A stretch of DNA of 64,000 bases from contig JAJDAP010000034.1 of assembly GCA_029261795.1 (NCBI GenBank), positions 9,858 through 73,857 of the forward strand. Direction: 5' to 3'. Position 1 is the stretch's first letter. Every line of letters starts with the position of its first letter. The notes beneath the pieces were generated by a model, which saw nothing but the letters and a program-made list of their open reading frames with translations, searched no databases and had not been told where the DNA came from. Source of the stretch: Deltaproteobacteria bacterium. GTDB lineage: Bacteria > Myxococcota_A > UBA9160 > UBA6930. A program made the position numbers and the translations under genes. Positions 47,465-54,855 of this stretch are shown piece after piece.

Positions 47465-47634
47465 GAGATCTCCTGTGAGGGCCGGGATCATCGCAAAGGC
47501 CCGCCGACGTCGCAGCCGGCGCACGTGAGCGCGCTAATGTAGACGCTTCGAACCCGGACTGGTGACCGATGCACACGAAGGCCGACGAAATCTCACTGCC
47601 CGCCCGCTTGCCAGCCAGGAAGCGACGCTAGGCG

Positions 47635-48423
47635 ATGGCGGCGCTACCCGGGCCCTTCAAGACCCTCGAAGTCGAGCGCGAGGGTCCGGTTCTGCGGGTC
47701 TGGCTGAATCGGCCGGAGCGTCGCAACGCAGTGGCCAACACGATGCTCGAAGAGGTCGGCGACTGCTTTCGTGCGGTGGAGCGCGACTTCGAGACCCGCA
47801 TCGTGGTGCTCGGGGGGCGTGGCCTTTCGTTCTGCGCGGGTATGGACCGCAAGCCGGCCGCGGATTACGACGCTGCACGGCAGCCCGAAACCCCCCGCGC
47901 GCGACGTTTCGAAGCCCATCTGGGTCGGCGCGCCGCCCGCGCCATCGAAGATTGCGAAGCCCTGACGATTGCCCGGGTTCATGGCCACGCCATCGGCGGC
48001 GGCTTCGTCTTCGCGCTGGCCTGCGACTTCCGCGTGGCCAGCGACGATGCGCGCTTCTCGCTTCCGGAAGTGGATCTCGGCGTGCCGCTCTCCTGGGCCG
48101 GGGTCCCACGTCTGATCCAGGAAGTCGGCATGCCTCGCGCCCGCGAGCTGCTGTTGCGCTGCCGGGAGATCGATGCCTCGACCGCCGAGCAATGGGGCGT
48201 GCTCCATTCCGCGGTACCGGCGGCCGGACTCGACGCCGAAGTTGGCCGGTTCATCGAAGATCTGCTCGCCAAGCCCGAGACCGCGGTCCACATGACCAAA
48301 ACCCAGCTGCGAGGTTATGCGCGCTTGGGGACGTTGGGCGATGCCACTGAAGCGGATGGCGATCTGATCTCCGAGGCGGCGCGAGATCCGGCGTTCAGCG
48401 CCCGGATGCGCGGCGAGTTCTAG
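47635..48423 (+). CDS. Enoyl-CoA hydratase/isomerase family protein
   Basis: LNRPERRNA, FCAGMD, HGHAIGGG..LA.ACD.R, F.LPE..LG. Confidence 0.9.
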   Translation: MAALPGPFKTLEVEREGPVLRVWLNRPERRNAVANTMLEEVGDCFRAVERDFETRIVVLGGRGLSFCAGMDRKPAADYDAARQPETPRARRFEAHLGRRAARAIEDCEALTIARVHGHAIGGGFVFALACDFRVASDDARFSLPEVDLGVPLSWAGVPRLIQEVGMPRARELLLRCREIDASTAEQWGVLHSAVPAAGLDAEVGRFIEDLLAKPETAVHMTKTQLRGYARLGTLGDATEADGDLISEAARDPAFSARMRGEF

Positions 48424-49874
48424 AGGGGAACCAGTTCCGGGTCCCGGATCTCGCGGCCGCGCAGCTTGCCCTTTTCGTATACCGACGTGACGTCCATCTC
48501 GCCGTCGTTGTTCCGGTCCTCGTCGCGCTGCTTCAGATAGGTGCGGCCCTCGACCTGCTCGTAGGTTTCGAAGACGTCCCGGGTGCCTTCGCCGTCCGCG
48601 TCGCGTTCGATGCGCGCGATCACCTCGTCTTCGCCTTCCACCTGGAACGTGGTCCAGGTGTCCATCGCGCCATCCTTGTCAGCATCTTCTTCGGTGTGGT
48701 CGAGCTTTCGGTCCTGGTAGTAGACGATCCGGTCGAGGGCGCCGTTCGAGTCACCGTCGTGGCGTTCGAGGATCAGGCTGCCCGATTCGTAGACGTAGAA
48801 CGCGTCGCGGGTGCCGTCGCTGTCGCGGTCGACCTCGCGAAGCGCCATGCGCGCGTCCGGCCCATAGTATTGCCATTCGTCCGGAGTGCCGTCGCCGTCG
48901 TTGTCCTCTCGGACTTCGGCGATGAGCCCGGCTTCGTAGATCGTCCAGGCATCGATACGGCCGTCGTAGTCGCGGTCCGTCTCCTTGCGCAGGATCACGC
49001 CGGAATCGCCGTCGTGATAACGCACTTCTTCCGGCGCGCCGTCCCGGTCGGCATCCAGGCTCCGGTTCAGTACCTGGACCGAGCGTTCGTTCTCCCAGCG
49101 CCCCGGCTCGATCGTTTGATAGGTCTCTTCGTAGATCGAGGGCGGTAGCTCGCGTTCCTTGGGTGCGCTCGGTGCGACGCGCGGGTCCGTTTCGAGGGCG
49201 GTGGCCACGTGACCGCTGCTCGTCTGGGTTCCGGCGGAGGCGATCTGCTTGCGGGCTTCGCGGCGGTCGATCTCCTTCAGCAGCTCCTCCTGCCGTCGAA
49301 GCTCCTCTTCGATCGCTGTTTCGAGCGTCTCCTGCTGGGCGACTTCCCGGCCGAGTTCGCGTTCGAGTTCACGCTCCATATCATCGTCGCGCCCGCGCTC
49401 GTCTCTTCCTCTCGGCGGACCGCGCCGCCCGCCGCCTCCGCCAAGGGGTACGTCGCCAGTCACGGCACCGTAGATCCCGAAGATCAGGGCGCCGGCTGCG
49501 GCGCCGTAGGGTCCGCCGATCGAGCCGCCCATGATCCCGCCGATGACCATGCTGTCCATCGCGCTCGCGGCGCGGCTTCGAGCGTCCTCGCTGTCCTCGG
49601 ACTTCTGGGGCTGCTTCGGATCCGGATCCCAGTCGTCATCGCCCTTCTTGGTCGGTTCCGTCGGATCCGCCGGGCCCGACGATGGGGAGGTCGTGTTGGC
49701 GTCGGCTGTCTCCGTGGCCTCGTCGGTTGTCTCGCCTTCCGTTTCCGTGGCTACGGGGCCCTCGCCCTGGCCCGCGTCCGGTGCGCTGGTGCCGGTACTG
49801 GCGCAGCCGCTCGCAAAGGTCAGCGCGCCCAGGATCAAACCGAATCGGAGCCATCGATCGAGCGTCATTCGCAT
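48420..49874 (-). CDS. Lipoprotein with glycine zipper, coiled coil and eight DxDxDG-type repeats
   Basis: Lipobox ASGC; GGIMGGSIGGPYGAAAG; EAAAK-like helix; repeats DADRDG, DRDYDG, DNDGDG, DRDSDG, DGDSNG, DADKDG, DADGEG, DRNNDG. Confidence 0.8.
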   Translation of the reverse strand: MRMTLDRWLRFGLILGALTFASGCASTGTSAPDAGQGEGPVATETEGETTDEATETADANTTSPSSGPADPTEPTKKGDDDWDPDPKQPQKSEDSEDARSRAASAMDSMVIGGIMGGSIGGPYGAAAGALIFGIYGAVTGDVPLGGGGGRRGPPRGRDERGRDDDMERELERELGREVAQQETLETAIEEELRRQEELLKEIDRREARKQIASAGTQTSSGHVATALETDPRVAPSAPKERELPPSIYEETYQTIEPGRWENERSVQVLNRSLDADRDGAPEEVRYHDGDSGVILRKETDRDYDGRIDAWTIYEAGLIAEVREDNDGDGTPDEWQYYGPDARMALREVDRDSDGTRDAFYVYESGSLILERHDGDSNGALDRIVYYQDRKLDHTEEDADKDGAMDTWTTFQVEGEDEVIARIERDADGEGTRDVFETYEQVEGRTYLKQRDEDRNNDGEMDVTSVYEKGKLRGREIRDPELVPL

Positions 49875-50441
49875 GACATTCCCCAAGTGTCTCCCCGGGC
49901 ACGCGGGCAGACAGCAGTGGCCCCGACCGCCAGCGAGGCGTCCGGGCCTGAGTGCATCGTAGTGCCAAAGGGTCGAAGCGCAATCGGCGCAAGCCCGCGC
50001 CGAGACCGTTGCGGCAACTCGTGCGCAGTTACCAAAGATCGACCGCGTTCCAGGGACAGCGTGGTCGGTTCGAGCACCTGAAGATTCGGCTGCCGGCCGC
50101 AGCCGCGGCCCAAGAGCCCGAAGTCGCGGCCGATGAAATCGGAAACGTGCACGCAGAAACGAGCGACCGTTTCGCTTCGTACAGCTCCAGGCATCTCGAT
50201 TCCCCTTGCTGTTCTCGCCACGAGAACAGCGCGCCGCGCTACGCCGAAGTTCTTCGGCGCGACATGGCGAAGTACGTGCGGCATGTGGCCTGGGGTTTCA
50301 TCGGGCCCGGCGTTGCTTCCGCGATCGATGCGCGGCAAGGCTCGCTCCAGCGCCCCTTGCTCCCCCGGGGAAAAAGTGCTATCCGATCACCTGCGTGTGG
50401 ATCGCCCCATCTCCTTTGGGCCGCCCCACGTACTCCTTACG

Positions 50442-51245
50442 ATGTGCACACTCATCGTCCTCCACCGCTGCTTCCCGGACGCGCAGCTGGTGGTCGCTGC
50501 GAACCGGGACGAGTTCCTGGACCGCGCAGCGGAAGGTCCGGCGCTGAGGTCGGCGAACGGCCGAAATTGGCTTGCCCCGCGGGATATTCAAGCCGGTGGG
50601 ACCTGGCTGGGCTTGGGTGACACGGGCGTGTTCGTGGCACTGACCAATCGCCCGATCGAGGAATTGGATGGAAATCGTCGCTCTAGAGGCCTGCTGGTGA
50701 GCGACACGCTCGCGAGCTGCCGGACCGCCAAGGAAGCCGCCCAGGCCCTGGGGGAGTTGCCTGCACGGGCCTACAACCCCTTCAACATGCTGGTTGCCGA
50801 TGGTCGGACCGCTTTTGCCATCGTCTATGAGGAAAAGCCCCGCGTCACCGAGCTCGAGCCAGGGGCACATGTCATAGGGAACGCGGATCCGAACGACCGC
50901 GCACACCCGAAGGTCGGCCGCGTCCTCGCAGAAGCCCAGCGGGTGGCCGCGGGTTCATCCGAGAACGCGCTCGACGCACTCGCTGAGCTCTGTCGGAACC
51001 ATCAGGAGCGCGACCCTGATGCGCCGATGGACGCGCGACGCGGCGATACATGCGTCCATCTGGGTTCGTACGGAACCCGCTGCTCCACATTGCTTCGCAA
51101 AGCGACCCGACCCGAGCACGATGTGCTGCTCTGGGCCGAGGGGCCGCCTTGCGAGAACGATTACGAAGAACGAACGGAACTCCTCCGGGAGCTGGATCGA
51201 ACGACCGGCAGCTCGGAAGAGACAACGACGAGGAACGTGGCTTGA
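50442..51245 (+). CDS. NRDE/TANGO2-family protein
   Basis: MCTL...VAANRDEF..R, GGTWLG, ALTN, SRG.LV, YNPFN, YGTRCST. Confidence 0.92.
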   Translation: MCTLIVLHRCFPDAQLVVAANRDEFLDRAAEGPALRSANGRNWLAPRDIQAGGTWLGLGDTGVFVALTNRPIEELDGNRRSRGLLVSDTLASCRTAKEAAQALGELPARAYNPFNMLVADGRTAFAIVYEEKPRVTELEPGAHVIGNADPNDRAHPKVGRVLAEAQRVAAGSSENALDALAELCRNHQERDPDAPMDARRGDTCVHLGSYGTRCSTLLRKATRPEHDVLLWAEGPPCENDYEERTELLRELDRTTGSSEETTTRNVA

Positions 51246-51571
51246 GGCGAATCGGTAGCAACATCCGCAAGCAGAACCAGGAAGCGAAGCAGAACCGGCT
51301 GAGCAAGAACATCATCCGATACAACGACGGCGAAAAGCCGAAGAACGACTATCCCAAGCGGATCGTGTCGCCTTCAGCCCCCTCCGCGTGCTGCAAGGAT
51401 GACGAGAACAAGACCACGGTCGGCACCGTGCGTGAGGTGGACGGCTTCAAGTTCGCCTATCGCATCTGCGACACCTGTGGCCACGCTGTCCGCTACTTCT
51501 ACCCCGCGGTAGAGGGCACCAGCGAAGAGGTGAAGACCTACCGGAAGTGGAAGAGTTACATGGTCCAGTAG
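51242..51571 (+). CDS. Small basic hypothetical protein with CC...CxxC
   Basis: TTG overlapping the NRDE stop, GAGGA RBS; strong GC3 bias; followed by a terminator. Confidence 0.65.
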   Translation: MRRIGSNIRKQNQEAKQNRLSKNIIRYNDGEKPKNDYPKRIVSPSAPSACCKDDENKTTVGTVREVDGFKFAYRICDTCGHAVRYFYPAVEGTSEEVKTYRKWKSYMVQ

Positions 51572-51590
51572 GGCAGTCCCGACGATCAAG

Positions 51591-51627
51591 ACGAGGCGGT
51601 CCGTTCGCGGGCCGCCTCGTTTCGTTT
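51591..51627 (+). terminator. Rho-independent terminator
   Basis: 13-bp stem ACGAGGCGGTCCG / CGGGCCGCCTCGT (one G-U) with TTCG tetraloop, followed by TTCGTTT. Confidence 0.75.
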
Positions 51628-51646
51628 CGGGGCCGTTGGAGGGGTC

Positions 51647-52957
51647 GTGGAGCTGCAAGAAGCCGAGGACTGGCTGGAGGGCCTGATCAACGTCGAGCGT
51701 CTGCCCGACTTCGGGCAGGCACGTCTCGGACTCGATGCGATTCGAGTGCTACTCGCCAGGGTCGGGGATCCGCAATCCGAGCTGCGCGTGTTTCATGTCG
51801 CTGGCTCGAAGGGGAAGGGCTCCACCGCGTTGCTAGCCGAGTGCGTTCTCGGAGAACTCGGCGTGCGCACCGCGACCTTCACTTCGCCGCACCTGATGCG
51901 CTGGACCGAGCGCTTCCGGATCGATGGCGTCGAGGTGGCGGATGTCGCACTGGCTGCCGTGCTGACGCGTCTGCGTCCGCACGTCGATGTACTGCGCGAT
52001 GGTCCCGATCCGCCGAGCTTCTTCGACGCCACCACGGCTGCGGCCTTCCTGCTGTTTGCCGAGGCCGGCGTCGACTTCGCGATTTTCGAGGTGGGGCTCG
52101 GTGGGCGCCTCGATTCGACGAACGCCTGCGAGCCGGCGCTCACCGCGATCACGTCGATCGAACTCGAGCACACCGAGAAGCTCGGAGCGACACACGCGGC
52201 GATCGCCGCTGAGAAGGCCGGGATCGCCAAGGCTGGCGTTCCGCTGGTGGTCGCGAATCTCTCCCGCGAGGCCCTGGACGTGGTCGAGGCTCGTGCTGGC
52301 GAGGTCGCAGCGCCCCTCGTCCGATTCGGTCGAGACTACACAGTAGAGTGTCTGAAGGCGGATTCCGATGGCTCCCGTTTTCTCTGGCGAGACGGCGAAG
52401 CCTCTGCGGAGTTCCGACTGGCTGCTCTCGGCGAGCATCAGGTCGAGAACGCGGCGCTCGCGCTCTCGGGCATCCGGCGCCTCGGGATCGCCGACGACGC
52501 GAACTTGATCGAGGCGGCCGAGCGCGCCTTCGCCAGGGTCCGTCTGCCGGGACGGATCGAGGTGCTCGGGCGCGAGCCCTGGCTGGTGGTCGACGGGGCT
52601 CATACGGCGGCTTCTGCCCGGGCGCTGGCCACAGTGCTCGCGGGGATCGAACGGGAGCGCGCCCATCTGGTGCTCTCGGTATCGCTCGGGAAGGATCTCG
52701 CCGCGATCTGCGAGGCACTCGCGCCCTTCGCCGACGACGTCACGGTGACCCGTGCCGAGCCCGTCCGTTCCCACGCGCCGGACGAGATGGTCGCGGCCAT
52801 CCGGTCCGCGGCACCGGCTGCCTCGATTCGCGTGGAACCCGATCCGCGGCTCGCCATCGAGCAAGCCGCAGCCGCGCTCGGTCCGCGAGACCTGCTCTGT
52901 GCCACTGGCTCGATCTATCTGGCGGGTATCGCGTGCCAAGTGTTGTCGCCCGCGTGA
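51647..52957 (+). CDS. folC: Bifunctional folylpolyglutamate/dihydrofolate synthase
   Basis: HVAGSKGKGST, FTSPHL....ERF, FEVGLGGRLDSTN, IA.EKAGI, G.HQ.ENA, PGR.E, DGAHT. Confidence 0.95.
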   Translation: MELQEAEDWLEGLINVERLPDFGQARLGLDAIRVLLARVGDPQSELRVFHVAGSKGKGSTALLAECVLGELGVRTATFTSPHLMRWTERFRIDGVEVADVALAAVLTRLRPHVDVLRDGPDPPSFFDATTAAAFLLFAEAGVDFAIFEVGLGGRLDSTNACEPALTAITSIELEHTEKLGATHAAIAAEKAGIAKAGVPLVVANLSREALDVVEARAGEVAAPLVRFGRDYTVECLKADSDGSRFLWRDGEASAEFRLAALGEHQVENAALALSGIRRLGIADDANLIEAAERAFARVRLPGRIEVLGREPWLVVDGAHTAASARALATVLAGIERERAHLVLSVSLGKDLAAICEALAPFADDVTVTRAEPVRSHAPDEMVAAIRSAAPAASIRVEPDPRLAIEQAAAALGPRDLLCATGSIYLAGIACQVLSPA

Positions 52958-54228
52958 GCGAAGCCGAAGAGCGTTACCGCGCCGAAGTCCGCCGCGATCT
53001 GCCGCGCAACTACGCAGCCCACATCGGCCACGGAATGTTAGGCCAGACCGGTTTTCGGCTGATCCAGGCGCCTACCTTCATCGAGGCATTCGTCGTCTCG
53101 ATGGGCGGAACGCCGCTGGCGCTCGGCGCGATCCGGGCCTGTCAGTCGTTCGGGATGTTCCTGTCGCCGATCCTGGGCGCCACCTCGATCGAGCATCGCC
53201 CTAGGGTGCTACCGGCCGGGCTGCTGATCGGCGGATTGATGCGGCTCCAGGTGCTCGGAATCGCCCTGGCCGCGTTCTTCCTGACCGGCGCAGCGGCCCT
53301 CTACACCGTCGGCGTCCTGTTGGCCCTGTTCGGGTTCTTCATGGGGATGCAGGGTGTCGTCTTCAGCTTCCTGATGTCAAAGGTCATTCCAATCGAGCTG
53401 CGCGGCCGATTGATGGGCTTGCGCCAGTTGCTAGGCGGTATAACCGCCGCCGCGGTGGGGCGTGTGGGCGGCGAGCTGGTCGAGAGCGGTGCCTTCGGAA
53501 ACGGCTTCGCGACGACCTTTGGCCTCGCTTTCGTCCTCACCACGCTCGGTCTGTTGATGCTGCTCTTCATGAAGGAGCCAGTTCCACCGGGCCGCCGCGA
53601 AGCGGCACGGGTGGGCCAGCGGCTGCGCGAGCTACCCGCGCTTCTGCGCAGCGACGCCGACTTCACCCGCTACTTCCTGGCGCGCGCTCTCGCCGTGATG
53701 GGCCGCATGTCGATGCCCTTCTATGTGCCCTTCGCGAACGAGCGGCTTCATATCGGCGGCAGTGAACTCGGAGAGCTGACCTTCGCCTACGTATTCTCGA
53801 TGAGCGCCTCCAACCTCGCCTGGGGCCTCATTGCCGATCGGACGGGCTACCGCCTCACGTTCATCGCCGCGCTCTGTGTCTGGGTCGGTTCGGTCTTGTT
53901 GTTGATGGACGCCGGGAGCTTTGAGCTCATGATCGCCGTGATGGCCGGGCTCGGTGCGGGCCAGGGCGGCTTCATGATGTCCTCCCAGAATCTCGTGCTC
54001 GAATTCGGCTCGCGCCAGAACCTGCCGATGCGAATCGCGGTCGCGAACTCGGCGTCCGAGTTGGTCGGTGTCATCGCACCCTTGTTAGGCGGCGTGCTGA
54101 TCACGGTCTACGGCTACGCCGAGGTCTTCTGGACCGGAATCGCGTTCCAGCTCGCCGCGATCTCCTGGGTATGGATCTTCGTCCGCGATCCACGTCATCG
54201 CGCGCCGTCCACGGGCGGGGGCACCTGA
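52954..54228 (+). CDS. MFS transporter
   Basis: About 12 TM in two halves; RGRLMG.R and G..ADR.G loop motifs; GTG start overlapping the folC stop. Confidence 0.85.
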   Translation: MSEAEERYRAEVRRDLPRNYAAHIGHGMLGQTGFRLIQAPTFIEAFVVSMGGTPLALGAIRACQSFGMFLSPILGATSIEHRPRVLPAGLLIGGLMRLQVLGIALAAFFLTGAAALYTVGVLLALFGFFMGMQGVVFSFLMSKVIPIELRGRLMGLRQLLGGITAAAVGRVGGELVESGAFGNGFATTFGLAFVLTTLGLLMLLFMKEPVPPGRREAARVGQRLRELPALLRSDADFTRYFLARALAVMGRMSMPFYVPFANERLHIGGSELGELTFAYVFSMSASNLAWGLIADRTGYRLTFIAALCVWVGSVLLLMDAGSFELMIAVMAGLGAGQGGFMMSSQNLVLEFGSRQNLPMRIAVANSASELVGVIAPLLGGVLITVYGYAEVFWTGIAFQLAAISWVWIFVRDPRHRAPSTGGGT

Positions 54229-54244
54229 TCCCCAAACGACGAGA

Positions 54245-54296
54245 CGCCCGGGGAGGCTCCTCGTCGAAACGAGGGGAGGGGTAGCCAGCCCGGGCG
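54245..54296. other. Long interrupted hairpin after the MFS gene (possible terminator or structured RNA)
   Basis: CGCCCGGG/CCCGGGCG outer stem, GGCT/AGCC middle stem, CCTCGT-CGAA-ACGAGG apical stem-loop. Confidence 0.45.
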
Positions 54297-54590
54297 CCAA
54301 GTCATTGGGTTCGTGAACCCCTACTAGAGCAAAGCCCGTGCCAGAAACGTGGTGAATTCGACACGTTCCGGTAACACCCCGAAATTCAAAGCATTTCAGC
54401 GCGCTCGAGGGCGGGTGGCGGCTGCCAGCCAGGACTCTGCCGCAAGCGGAGTGACACAATTTGGGTCACTCCGGAGCCGTCCTGCAGGTCTGGCTCCGCT
54501 GGCTTGCCGGTTGGCCGCGCTGCAGTGCCGAGGCGGCCCGGCCCGCGCGCCGGGCCCGGACGCACCTGAAGCCAGGGCGCGCCCGGCGAC

Positions 54591-54791
54591 GTGGAGGACG
54601 AAGTTCGCGCCGCGCTCAGCGATCCGATCAAGCAGTTCGAACGCGGTCCCATCAGCGTGGGCGCGCGAGATTCCGAGCGGGTCTCGGCGCCATCCTTCAT
54701 CGTCGAAGACGGGAACTATCTGAGTGCGCGCTGGCCGGGAGACGCCTACGCGTTCTCACGCCGATTCATCGCGAAACTCGAAAGCGTCTGA
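54591..54791 (+). pseudogene. C-terminal remnant of a DJ-1/PfpI-family protein
   Basis: VEDEV.AAL....F.RGP....D......F.VEDGNYLSARWPGDA..F resembles the PfpI C-terminus; in-frame TGA at 54567 and no N-terminal catalytic half. Confidence 0.55.
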
Positions 54792-54855
54792 TCCTGGTCG
54801 GGGTTGCCCGCGAGCGGCTCGCCGCGGCCGCGTCGGACCGTCATACTGAGCGGCC

